This document shows positions 21,904 to 36,200 of a DNA stretch of 64,000 bases, piece by piece; the first letter of the stretch is position 1; every line of letters begins with the position of its first letter. A program made the translations under genes and the position numbers. The DNA lies in contig OZ193909.1 in NCBI GenBank assembly GCA_964276515.1, forward strand, positions 13,392,001-13,456,000. The letters run 5' to 3'. The notes below the pieces were generated by a model. That model made no database searches. It was given only the letters and a program-made list of their open reading frames with translations, and was not told the DNA's origin. The DNA is from Gordius albopunctatus. Lineage: Eukaryota.

Positions 21904-23832
21904 ATGGATCCGGTGACAATCGGAGCAGCTGTTTTGGCTGTAGCAACAGCGGCTGGTTGGTACACATCATGCCGTTCTGCCTCAAATGTATGTTTTCCTA
22001 GAATCTAATTTGTTTTTTATATTATTAGAATTAGGAATTTATATAATATCACTCTTATTATTTTGACTTATGTTTCCGAATTTTACTAGACGACTAGATT
22101 TTGTTCCACGTAAAAATCACAATACTAATCTATTAAAATGGGAGAACAGAGTTTGCAACTTTGATTAACTAAATTTCTAAACATCGCATTTTTAATTTAT
22201 TTATTATAAGTTTGAAAGTTAGAGAAAGTACTTTAGTGTTTATAGTCGTTAACTTAGCCTTTATTCAGTAGCTATGTATGATTAACGTAAAAGTTCATAT
22301 TTAATTTAGGCGCACGTTTAGGAACTTAAATTAACAATATATTTACAAAAATAGGGAGAATTTAAATTTTTATTAACTAACCGATCCAATAATAAATTCC
22401 GATTTAAGGATCATATTTAATACCTATATTTTGGGGTTTATATTACGAACCGACCCTAACACATTTGCCTAGGTATGGTCCTTGGGTTAAACTTCCAGAA
22501 TTTAAGCTGGAAGATTTATATCCTTCTTAATTAAACGGTAAGGTTTAAAGCGATGCTAGTTTTAATCCTACAGGGATTTATGAATTAAAAATGTGATAAA
22601 TGAAAAATTTTTAGTAATAGGTAAAGCTATGTCTAAAAATTTTGTATTCATTATCTTTATCACTTTTTTTGCATTTGACAGTAAGCCCATGTGGTATATC
22701 AATCCGACGGGATCACTAACAAACACAATTTGATATAATTGAGTTATTTTACTTAAAATAAAAATTTTGGTAAGTATACTTACCTAAATACTAAAGAAAG
22801 GATTGAATCAGGGTTTAATAATTTGAAAACCATAGATTTAATGTTGCGTAAATTAGTGAGGCAGTGAAAAATTATAAGGGTATAGGGTCTCTTTTAATCT
22901 GGTTAATTGAGTGTTAGTGTAACGCAATTTAAATCACTATTAAAAGCTTAACAATTATATATGGTATATTACCTTTGAAATTTAAGAAAATCATCAATTT
23001 TTTGGTATGTCAAATGCGCGGTTGCTACGCATTTTGGTCAGAATGTCAATGCGCTTAGATTCAATTGCATATACTATTCTTTTCAAGCGATGACAGATAA
23101 ATATTCACAATATTATATGATTTATCGCTATTTTTTAATCAAATGTTACATTGGAAACTTAATGACTTCTGGAAAAACTAGTATTGATATAGATTTTAAC
23201 ATCAAGTAAAGGATCCTATCTTAAATCTCAATTTAGCTAAGATTTTTGAACATTTCGATTAAACCAACTTTTATATAAGAAAATAATCAACCACTGCTAA
23301 ATTGATTAATAAATTAGTTGGATATAAGCATAAGATATTTGCGCAGCCCAGCTGTATTTGTATGCACCACCTTGTGTTAGCATTTACTAAATTAATTTGA
23401 CTATGTACTAATAATAATAAATTCAAAACTTTGAACTATTTTTAAAAAAGCTGGGCTATATTTTTTAGAATCGTATAGCTTTTCTATTATAAAAAGTCAA
23501 CAAAGGCCAACATGTACTTATCCCATAACAATTATTATTTACACCATTAACAAATATTAATATTTACAAGTATTTTATAAATTTAACTTATAAATAACTA
23601 GTGTGAAACGGTAAATCGCAAATCGGTAATGACATTGGAACTAAAGAAAAAACAGGGGGAAGAGTTTAAAGTAAAAAATGAAAATTTAAAAACAGAAATT
23701 GAGCAAGCTAAAAAGAACAATCAAGAAGCTATCAAAGATTTAGAAAACTTGAGATCCGATTATCAGAAATTGATTAAAGATAATGATCAATTCAAAAAAA
23801 CCATGGATGCAATAAAAAATGCAAAATTATAG
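21904..23832 (+). CDS. Two-exon 104-aa protein (21904-21987, 23602-23832): N-terminal hydrophobic anchor plus K/E-rich coiled coil; no family recognised
   Basis: MDPVTIGAAVLAVATAAGWYTSCRSASN|gtatgt ... ctag|CETVNRKSVMTLELKKKQGEEF...NAKL*; phase 0-0 join; AATAAA at 23935-23940. Confidence 0.65.
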
Positions 23833-24262
23833 GGATGTAAATTTCAGCAATATGTACTTATAGCGATTAACATCGTATTATGTTTATATGTATATTTACC
23901 GTCATATTGATTCTTTATAAATGAATGCTCTTACAATAAAGGTCTGATCAATATTAACCAGCTAGTATTAAAATAATATATAAGATAAGCACAATGAATC
24001 CGAACATGATGTGCTTATACATTAAAGACCATTATGTTATAAATGCTTTGAGCTCATATAAATTATTTTCTTAAATAGCTTAATTGTTAAATAATAATTA
24101 CATTTGTAAGATTATATTAACCATTTATTATTTGAACCCTATTCTAGTATACTAACCTAAAACGATTGTAGGAAAATCTCAGCTGTTTAATCTACCTCGC
24201 ACATTAGCTCTAACCATTTTAAATTACTCAATTGCAGCAGACGAAATGTGCAATTATATAAT

Positions 24263-27200
24263 ATGAATAGTTTTTTACATATCGGGGACACAGTCTCCTT
24301 ATATTCCGAAGGTGCAGTGAACGGCTTCATTTCGACCCTGGGGTAAGTTTAAAACTAGTACCTAAATTTAGATGCTCCATTTGTCCAAATTTACAATTTA
24401 TTATTTTAGATATTTTAATAACTATTTTAATTTTATCTTCGACTCCAATAACGTATTACAAATATTTATTTTTCTTTGAAAAATATCCGTTCAACCTTTA
24501 AATTTTTTATTTAGCTCTCTTAAGTGTAAATATTGAATTGAGAGCTAATCTGGCAAATAAATCGGAACATTTTAGGCGGCTCAAATCAATTAAATTGGTT
24601 GCTTAACTACAATCCCCCAATCCTACTCGTGGAAAGTGTTTCAAATTTAAAAAGTAGTCAGAAATTAAAGAGCACCAATAAATTTATGCAAGCTAACAAT
24701 AAATAATAATAAAGAAAGCTAAACCATTTTCAACGGGTTGGGGTTTAATTGCAAGCCTTAAATAGCATTGCTTTAATAAATAAAATTTTTGTTAGATTTT
24801 AATAATTTATATTCATAATGAATCGGAATAAATAAATAAATAGTAGTAATTGATAATACTTTTAATCCGATAATATCATGATTAGGTATCTATATATGTC
24901 AACACAGGTCAGATTGTGAAATAATGGAGTAGTGCCATCTAGCTCATAGATAGGCTTCTCTATTTCTAAACATATGCGAAAGCAAGTTTTTTTCATATCG
25001 CTCTCTCCAAAATCGAATACATAATATAAATTAATCCAGATCAAATATTCCCCAAGAGAGTTTCAGCCATTTAGCAAAGTCTGGTTTACTCATAAAAACT
25101 TTCCAGTTAAACACACATCATTTTATATCTAAAATAGAGTAGCGAGCGACACTATTTTTGTATTTAAATTTGCTAACTTAAGAGTTTTAGTTTATAAATA
25201 ATGGGGGTGGGGAACTTATTGGCTCGAATAACTATTATTTAATCACTTTCCCACGCCTCTTAAACCTTAATCGATAAAACATCGTTACTTTAGAATTTTT
25301 TCAAATTTAACTAAAAATAATGTTAGGAATATAAAATTTACAAAGATCTCATATGATATATTATTTCTAACAAAGCATCTAAAATTGAGTCCTTTTTGGC
25401 TTTATAGCTTATCAATCAATATTAATTAATAAAGAGGGATCTAATCAATAATCGCCACTCAACATAAATACATAATATGTGTGGGATTTTTGAAACAATT
25501 TTTTATTAGTAGGATTGGTTAAGCCATATATATACCACATCTTATACAATTTAGCAAAAAAGGCAATTAAATGTTTCGATTGAATTAAAATTATTATAAA
25601 AATATAGTTTTGATAGTAGTGAATTGCAGAATTTTAGGCTCTAACGGGATCGCTTTCGCTTAAAATTTACGCAATTTTAAGTAATATTAAAAATATGAGT
25701 TAGCTGAAACTATAGACTAAAATTCAAATATGTTAAAAACGTCATAAATCCAAATTTTTAAATATAATTGTGCCTGCTGGTTTATTCATTATTGAATGAG
25801 GCACACCATTTTACATATATAAACTAAATTAGTGGACATCAAAGATTTTGACAGCGTAGACTTTCATACTTGAAATTACACCCTCAAAATAATAAGAATT
25901 TTACATTACCCTAATCTCTTATTTTAGCAATAGCTAACAAATTGATTATTAATATTCCCTTTTTATTTGAACTTTTTATTTATCTATTTAAAATTCAAAT
26001 ATATACTCTGAGGTATAAATACTAATGTCAACTTAGATAAAATTTAATAAGTGTCGATAACAAAATATATAAAGATAATTTTTGTTTAAGTCCCAATTAT
26101 TATTTGGACGGTAGTTAGGAGGAGCGTTGGTTAATTAAATCATGGTGATGCTCCAATAAGTCCTAATTATATTTTTATTCGTTTTGGATTGGCAATGTGG
26201 TTAAACAAACAAATTCAAAAACGAACATCAAGAAAATTAATGAATAAAACTCATAAATATTTGTAATTAATTATTATATGAGTTGCACAATTAATTTATC
26301 TCCCTCTTAGATAAATTAATTTTAAGTTAGCAAAACAGTCAAAAATAATTGATTTTAATTAATATCCTAATGGATTTAAATTCCTTCGCCATGAAAGTCT
26401 TTTTAATATTGTTATCTTGGGTATAGCCAAGAGGCACGCCTTAAATTTAAAAATTTTCCCATAACTTACAAAATTAAAAACTTGGAAAATCTTTCGATCC
26501 AAGCATGGGCCTAGCCAGGGGGTGGCACGAAGGGGCGAGTGCCCCCTCTTGAATGAATATGGTTTGAGTTTCATAAGAGCTTAATTAAGCCCATCCCTAA
26601 AGTTGTTGCTGCCGCCCTCTAATTACAATCCTGGCTACGGCTATGGGTAGAGCCCCCCCCTGCAAAGTCACTTCTTTTCAACCCGACCCGACCCGACCCG
26701 AAAGTAAAAAAAAGTGATTGGTGTAAAATTGATATCGATGCTTTTAAATGGCAACAAAATGTTATCCCCAAAAAAACAACAACAACAGATTTAACAAAAT
26801 TTTCAAACATGTTTGGCAGAAGTGAAAGCATTAGGAAAAAGGTAGATCCTAATTCAGAAAAGTTTTCGGGTCGGGTTTCGGGTGACCCGTGCAGGGCTAC
26901 CTATGGGCCCAAGTTGATTACCATTTGGTATATATCGGAGCACTTGGCTTTATATAATTTTCCTGGCTTATCATAATTAAGTTTCTACATCATGAATCGA
27001 ACTGCATTAATGAATTGTTTTGTTTTATAGGTTAGTAGATGACAGGAGCGTCATTCACCCGGGTGCAGGAAACTTGACAAACCCTCCCACAAAATTTAGA
27101 GGTTTAAATTTGACAAAATAAAACAATATCTCCATTTAAAATTTATGTTAATACGTGTAAAAAATTTAGGTTTAAAATATTCAGTTTGTTTTAATTATTT

Positions 27201-30200
27201 TTGAGAATATTTAACAATATGAAATTTTTGCCTTATCTAAAAACTTAGTAATTATTTCCTATTAATAAATCGAACATTTTTTAATAGGCATTAGATTGCT
27301 AACTTTTGCTTAAATTTGGATTTTGCCAAAATTGAAGCAATATCAAATTTGTTTAAATATTATTTTAGATTGTTTGTTCCGGATATGTCCAATGAATAGG
27401 TACGCGGCACAAAAACAATATTGGAAGGTGTCAAGGGAAGATGATTACGCCATCAATAATTTATCTGCAATTTCCGATCCCGCTCTAGTGAAGAAACTGC
27501 AGGTTTTTAATTTAAAAATTGAAAATCTCGTTAAAAACGAACTACTAACTCATATAATAACATTAGATGGTGAAAATTAGATTGATTTAAATTATTATTA
27601 TTTAATCAAAAATTATGTAATTAATCTTATATTTGAATGAAATGGTGAAAACGATTTAAAATATTGTAAAATTAGTTTTGGACACAACAATTTGTATTGT
27701 CAAGGTGCTATAATTAATTGTATTAGACAAAACACATATTCTTCTCTATTATCATATATTCTAACACATATTTTTTAGATTTATATTGCTTAAATGATTT
27801 TTTACAAGTAGTTTGGCAGCGATGGCACAATGCAATTGCATTTTTAAGAGAATACATTCGGGAATTAAAATGTATAATGATTTTTATTGGAATAGGTACC
27901 TAGCTAGTACGACACAAAGGTGGCCAAGGGGGGTCAGGAAGGGGCGGATGCCCCCCCTCTAAATTTAAAAATTGGTTAAAATTTATTAAAATTATGGCTA
28001 AAATTTCAAAAAATCATGATTTTGCCCCTCCCCCCGAAAGCATAATAATATACAATCTTTTTATTTGTATGATTAAACCGACACTTTTAAGTTTTCCCCT
28101 TGTTTTTCAAAGTAGTTAATTAATAGAACAGAGTTGGGTCTTTATTTTTTAAACGGTTGTTGTTACTATAGCTAAAAGTGTTGATCGTATTTAAAGCTAA
28201 GGGTAATGAGTGCCTGGTGAAGCCATGGGCCTAGCCAGGGGGTGGCAGGAAGGGGCAGCTGCCCCCTCTAAATCAAAAAATTTCTTCAAATTTGATATAA
28301 TTACCCCTCTAAGACATTACTACCACCCCTATTCCAATCCTGGCTATGCCCTTGCGTGAACCTGAATAATACCAAGAAAAATGCATGTTTAAAAAATTAA
28401 TTATAAGACATGTACACTAATATAAAATTCATAATTTTACGGTATAAAATTATTAATTTCTATGCAATTTATGGGTTTATATTACGAATTGTAAAATTAC
28501 TTTTCCTACCCATGCTGTATAAATTAAATTCCTAAAGGTAGAAATGATTAGTGATCAAAGATATCTTAAAAAACTCTGTGTCTTCGTTATTAGTATATTT
28601 TAAATTGGTGATGCTAGGGCTTTAATCAAATTACAACATGTTAATTGCTATGCAATTTATAGTTTCTATTAACAATATATACTATATGCTTATTATATTT
28701 GCAGATATTCCCGTTGCTTAGGTATATTTATATATATAACCACAACGGATTAAAAATTTAAACTTTATCCATAAAGCAACTATCTTTCCGAAACTAGCAT
28801 CAAATTGTTATTATACAATCAAAGTCGCATTGACTGTAGAAATGTATTATTTATTTCTAAATGGCGTTTCGCTAATTATGACATACTATTCCAAAAACAA
28901 TTTGTGCTCATGGCGCTAATTAACGACGACACAGCAGAACACCAAACTCGAGGCCCCTCTCCCTAACCCTCTTTTTACCACTATTAGTTCCCATCTCTTG
29001 CTAAAACATTTACAGAACTGATCCGAGTTGTCACAACTAGCAAATGTTGTAGTGCTCGCTGCAACGATACCTAAACTTACAGAAGGTGACAGTTCAAAGA
29101 ACATGCCTGGCATGGCATCCCTCCCGGGGGATTATTGCTATGTTATCGAAAGAGAGATTAATGCGCAGAATTGCTAATATCCACACTTTGGGGAGAGGGG
29201 GGGATATGAGTTTTTTTTGATACTGGAAAATAAGTTTATTTTTTTATACAAAGTGGTGGTGCACTAAGCTAAACGACATCAACGTTTAACTTTCCTTTAA
29301 CTCTTCCCTTCGTTGGCAATAGGCACACAAGTCACTGATAAATCACAGGATTTATAGGCTGGCGCCTCGGGCTTGACGACATTCCTTCCCAGGATTTGTT
29401 TTATCGAGAGGCAAAGGGATAATTTCTTGAAATTTTAGCCATATCCATATTAAATTTGAAGGAAAAAAAATTGGATTTAGATGGGGGCACCCACCCCTCC
29501 CTGCTTTCCCCTGGCTACTCTCATGTAGATTTATTATATTAATAAATATCGGTAAATCTCAAACTTTATCCTTTAACACTTCGGCGCCAAAACCATCAAT
29601 TAGTAAGACAGGCAACATTGGCCAACGCTGTTAATTCTTGCTCCTGGCCCGGCAAATTGACGGATTATGCAAAACATATTACCTATTAAATAATGATTGT
29701 CACATAACTTGACTCTTTTTGACATTTTGTCTTAAGTATTGTTTTATTGTTTTAAAAACCACTTGTCTGTAATTTTATAAAATAAATTTTTTTTCATGTT
29801 TCTTTTTAAAAATAATCTAAAAGATAAAAGTAACCCCGGTTTCCCATACCACGATATATATACGGAATTCACTTGAATAATGTTTATTTATTGAACACCT
29901 GTTAGCACTTATCACAGGCATAAGTAATTTTTCCAGCTTTAATATTTTGATTTCGACCTAAACCCATCCCTTGCCTAATGAATTTCAACACAAGATCCCT
30001 CCTAAAAGAATCAAATATTAAAATTCACCTTCTAATATTTAGAAATATGTTGGGCATAAAAGTATTACTAAACTATGTCACACTTTGTTTTATAATCAAT
30101 CAATTTTTTATCAATCATATGAAAAAATGCCAATTTCCGCAAGGTCAATTTTTTTAAACTCTTAAAGCCCCTGATTTACCCATGCAGGATTATGAAAAAG

Positions 30201-33200
30201 TAGATTCATCATTATTATTTAATCTAGTGCTCGATTAAAATTTAAAATAATAATTCCAGACAAATGGAATAATTAAATTTTGTTTGCAAAATAAGCAGTT
30301 TCAACCCCAATCAAGAAACATTAATTAATAACTTTTGTGTGTTAAAAAGTTTGATGCGAACAAACTTAGGTTAATTTTTTAGAATTACAAATTAAACTCA
30401 TAAAGTTTAAAACATTCTACTAATTTAATTGTGTAGAATATTTAAAATTTATATTGAATTTTATTTTAAACTGGTAAAGCCAAACATATAGAGACTATCG
30501 ATTTTATTTAATGAAATTATTGCATGCTGCTTAGCCTTTATTTGTTGAAGGTAGCAACGTAACATATTATGACAAATTCAGGAGTCAGTCTACTCGGGCA
30601 GAATGAAATAATTTAATTTATAACTCAATGATATATTATTATGACGATTTCAAATTTAATTAAATTTCCCGCCTGAGCCTGTGACAATTTGTGACAATTA
30701 AAAATAACTTTGTAAGCCATTTTTCACTTATTTTTATCTTTATTGGCTGCCAGTTTTCAAAAAATATTGGGGCACTAGCCCCATATCTTTAAACCAAGCT
30801 TTAGCCCGCTCCTTTTCTGATTTTTGTTTTAAATTATAATTTGTAATTATAAGAAAAATAATTGCAATCGAAACAAAAAACTGCCCCATTTTTTGAGGTT
30901 CAACTATCAAAGAAATCATTAATTTTAAACATAAAAACCAAATTATCAAGGGTAAAAAAATAATATGTTTTCAATGTGATTTAACAAGACATAAACCGTA
31001 ATCCAATTAAACAATTAATTTTCTAGCTTTTATACAATAAATTTTTTATATTACTTCGAAATATCACTCTCAAAGGATTAGTTAATTAAACTATACACAT
31101 AAATTTACTTTTCATGCAATTTTATATATTAAAAAATAAGCTATAATCGTAAAATTGCTTTTTAAATGATATATCTTATTATACTTAGGTATGGCAATAT
31201 TAAATAATGAGTAAATAAATTTTTTCCCATAACTTTTATTTTCATATTAAAATATCCATATTAAAAAAATCAAGCCATAATCGTAAAATTTCTTTTATAG
31301 TAATTGTTTTTTGATAGCACGCGTCGGAATTGGAGAAAAAACAAAATGAGAGCGAAGAAAAAAAGTTGTTAGGCTCGGTTATACAATATGGGAACGTTGT
31401 CCAGGTTAATATTCATGTTTACTATTTTATATTAAAATGATCCAAATTTATCCTTTAAGTTGTTGTAGTTGAATAAAATCATATAAATATTTATCACTGA
31501 TTTCAGTTATTTAATATATTATAAGTTGCTTCATTAATTAAAATAGTTTACCAAGAAATCATTTCTTATACAGTAAATAAGTAATAAACTAAAATTGTGG
31601 ACCAAGATTTTTTATGCATAATTACAATGGATATTACACAAACAATTTTTCCTTGGGTTGAATAATAACTAACATTATACAGGATTGGGATTAGTCATAA
31701 ATATATTCTGTTTTTTAAACCATTAATTCCACCAACTATGTAGGCCTATTATTTTAACTTTGATACCTAAATTAACCTAATATTTCGTTATTTCATTTGG
31801 CAATCATAAATTTTAGAACGAATCCCTAAATTGTCACCTAAATAACACAGTGTTAATTTTGTCACAAAGACCTAGTCAGTGAGAGGCAGGGGAATTATGG
31901 CTCTCCTAACTTGAGACCTAGAGGACTCAAAACCTCTGATTTGATCAATAAATTTATTTCATATTATTCCTTTTAAATCCGTGCCATTCCTTTGGATCCA
32001 AATCCTCGCTACGCCTTTGTAATCTTAACAACCTTGCGCATGCGAAACATGGTAAATCCATCCACTGTAAAGACTAAAATTGTTTTTATTAACTACAAAG
32101 TATTCATGTAAATTTTCCTTCTTCCATAAATTGCTTTTATTTTTATCACTTATATTTACAGGAATATTGATTAAAATTGTGGCGTTACTTTTGACAAAAT
32201 TGTAGTTGGATCCAAAAATGCTAGAATAAATTATTTTTATGCAAATCGAGGGCTCTAAGTTTTATTTGAAATCACTTGCCCTTGAACGACCGTAAAAATG
32301 TAATTTACAAAAAATAATGAGTTTCATGATCGAAGTCAATATTTATAATATATGATTAAAAAAACAATGTACAATCAAACGTTGCTTTTTCCCAGCATCA
32401 AGAGCACAGGAATGATAAAAAAATATTTTACATCCTTTACACTCTTTGATCTCATCTTACATAAATAAAATAAATTTTTTTATATGATGTCATATAAAGT
32501 TTATATTTTATACTGAATTTAATTTATATCCAGTCTAATTTATTAAAAAAATTATTTTAAAAAATCGTGCTGAATGTGTGGTTAAAATTATATATAGTTG
32601 CTGCATATCAAAAGCAATAAATACCTGACGGTCAATAAAAGATTGCCAGCTTTTTTAGAAAAAAATGCCATGCGCATCACATTGGATCAAGCTGGGCATG
32701 AAGGCTCCTGGTTTTACATACAACCATTCTATAAACTACGTTCCTTGGGCGATAACGTATTATACCTTATTATAATTTGAAAATTATCTAGATATAGCTA
32801 TATTTGATTAGTAAAATGGAACTTTTACTATACTTAAAGCGTGATATTATTTGGCTGTTTATTAAATATATAACTATTTAATTATTCTAATACAAAGTAT
32901 TAGGTTTTGATAAGAACACAGATAATTAGGTTTAAAAATAAACATATTTTATTAAATTGTTATGAAACTTATAAATCAAGGTTGTTATCGGAGATCGGGT
33001 CATTATGATGTCTGTGAATGCTGGCCAAGAGTTACATGCTAGTAACTATGATTTGCCCGATAACCCCGGTTGTAAAGAAGTAACGAATCTTTAAACTAGT
33101 TTAATTCCGTGGCCAATTTTTTTACACATTTATATTGCATAATCTTTTAGAGAAGTTTGGATAATTTTTCTCCAATAATAATTGAATTTTTATTGGATAA

Positions 33201-36200
33201 ATAACGTTTCTTGATATTGATGGGATATTAAATAAAATTCCACATCAATTTTTTTACAACTCTATTGACTTTTATCTAGTTTTAATGTTTTTAGATAAAT
33301 GCCCTCAACGCAAATACAAGTTGGAAAGTTGTCCTCTTCTTGCAACATAAAGATAATATGGACGATGTTTTAAAAAGCGTAAGTGTAAATTTATATGTTA
33401 TATTTATCGTTTACACAAAGGACACAAAATCTCAAACAAACTATTTAATTAAATACCATATAAATTATTGTTACTTGATATATTTTTCTATCGAGCGTCA
33501 TACCTTATTTTTTGCAAATAAAATCTATAAAATTTGTTTTTAATTTAAATTTTACGAATCGCATCAAAAGGAATAATGTGTAGTTTTAATTACTAGCTTA
33601 ACTTTTTGCAAATTAGATTTTTTATTTTTATAACTTTTAATTTCAAGGGAGACGTTGTGAGATTGTTTCACGCCGAGCAAGAAAAGTTTTTGACTTGCGA
33701 CGAGTTTGGGAAAGAGCACACAGTTTTCCTAAGAACCACAGGTCGGACATCTGCCACCTCGGCCACAAGTTCAAAAGCATTGTGGGAAGTAGAGGTAAAG
33801 CTAGCCAAATATTATGTTGTACCAGTGCCATCAATGAATAACATGGGCCTAGCCGAAAAATTTGTTGAAATTTATTAAAATTATGGCTAAAATGTCAAAA
33901 AATGACCATTTTGCCCCTTCCTAAATCATTATTGCCCCCCCTCTAATCCCAATGCTGGCTACCCCATGATAAATATAATACGTTGAAAAGATGACCTATT
34001 TTTGTGATTAAATTAGTCACAAACCGAATGGCTTTGTGTTAGAAAGACACTAATATATATTCATCGATATTGAAAAGTGAACTTGTAAAAATGCTATTTT
34101 ATGTATGCCGAATTAATGGCATTATGTTTAACTTATTACACATTTTATCAAAGTTTATTATTAATTAAACAGAAAACGGTATCGAATATAACAATTTGTA
34201 AAAATATAAATATCAAAGAATGGTAGTATTAGAAATATTCCTGTTTCAAGTATTACATATATTAAAATATATAGTGTCAGTACAAACATACTGCTTCAAG
34301 GAGGTAAAGGTTACCGTTTCTAAACTTATATTAATTTTACAATATTATTTAATATTAGTAATTTAATTATTTTTTAAAGGTTGTAACAGACGATCCCTGC
34401 ATGGGTGGTGCAGGTCATTGGAATAGCTTATATCGTTTCAAACACCTTGCATCTGGAACCTATTTAGCCGTCGAAGTATGATTATACAAGCCCGCAATTC
34501 GATTTGGGTGGGAGGGGCGTCATTTAATTCAAACTACTATTTTAACTTGAAATCTAACAAATAAAAAGATTTTATACATTATAACCTCGCCGTTTTGACA
34601 GGTGGAATTTGGATTGCATTCTTTGTGGATAGAGGGAAATGTAAGGGATATCCAATTCTTTAAATTTGTGTTTAAATATTCTCATGCATTATAATTTTAA
34701 CATGGGCATAGCCAGGATTGGAATTAGATGGGGGGGCAATAACGATTTAGGGAGGGGCAAAATGGTCATTTTTTCGAAATTTGAGCCATAATTTTAATAA
34801 ATTTCAACAAATTTTTGGATTTAGAGGGGGTTAGCCGCTCCCCCTCCCTTCCCCGCCCCTGGATACGCCCATGAATTTTAACATTATAATTTCATGTTAA
34901 ATCTAAACTCGAAGTCCTAATTTCGTTGTTTTTGTCATGCATAAACCATTTTGTTTCCCTAATATAATATGCCTTTTCAAAACGAACAATGACTATTTTT
35001 TAAAACTTGGTTAATTAGAAATAATGTTGAGAGGGTGATCTCACTATCGGATTTGGCTAGCCCATAAAGCCCAACCCAAACCCAATCATTTTGATTAAGG
35101 CCCAAATATTTCTAGCCGTGCCAGAACTTATCTTTTTTAACGTTAAGCGTTTGGTACTGTGGTGGTAGGTATGTTCTTAATGATTAGTTAAGGCTTTTAG
35201 ACTCAAGTTTACACGATTAAAAGCTAAATCTAGAATCTTTTAATTGGAAAAATGTAAGCAATCAATATTAATATATATCATAGCACCCCATTTTTTTACA
35301 GCAAATTTCAGATGTTTAGAAAAGTAATAAAAAATATTTAAATTTAACTATTCACACTTTAATGATTTTTATATAAATTTACGTTTCTCTAAATCAGCGG
35401 GGACCCACTTGCGACGCCATTGATAATTTTTATCACAAAATATTTAATCATAGGTTGGGAGAGTTTTATAATGTCATATATTATGATTTAAAAAATTAGT
35501 ATAATATAAAATAATTTTATAAACATTTTTATACTTAGTTGTTTTGTGGTGCATCTGTTTTTTATAATATCAAGTGGGCAGGATTAGTGGTTATGGTTTT
35601 TGATTGTATTAGGAAGACGAAGATAAAACGCCCGATGCTATGCGGACTAAATTGCGGGGTAGTCCTGATAATCCAGTTTATAGCTTAATATGCGTACCGC
35701 ATGGACATGATATAGCTTCTATTTTTGAATTGGATCCTACAACTATCACCAGAACAGATAGCTTAGTCCCTAGGTCTAATTCACTTTTCCTTCAAATATT
35801 TATTCAATAAGTATTGTCGTTATATATATAATTTTTTTATTAAATACACAGATCATCTTTCGTACGACTCCACCACGTTTGTACAGATACCTGGGTTCAT
35901 AGTACCACCATTCTTTTCGAGGATCAAGACAGCGAAAAACACATGGCCTATAAAGTAATGGAATTTCGCTAAATTTTAAATTCAATTTTTGTTGTTGAAA
36001 TAAGGGCTAGTTTATATTGTGGCGAAACTTAAGAGAGTGACCATCTAGTTTTTCAAGATAAGTTAAGTAGCGATTTTGAAAAAATAATAAGTATACAGGT
36101 AGAATTTTATGAGGTACTTTTGTATTCCTACATACTATATTCTACAGCATGGGCGTAGCCAGCATTGAAATTAGATGGGGGCAATAATGATTTAGGGAGG

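Noticed and set aside
21904..24342. Membrane-anchor exon fused to the ITPR N-terminus
   Set aside because: Splicing to either CAG (24237/24240) reaches TAA before the ITPR ATG.
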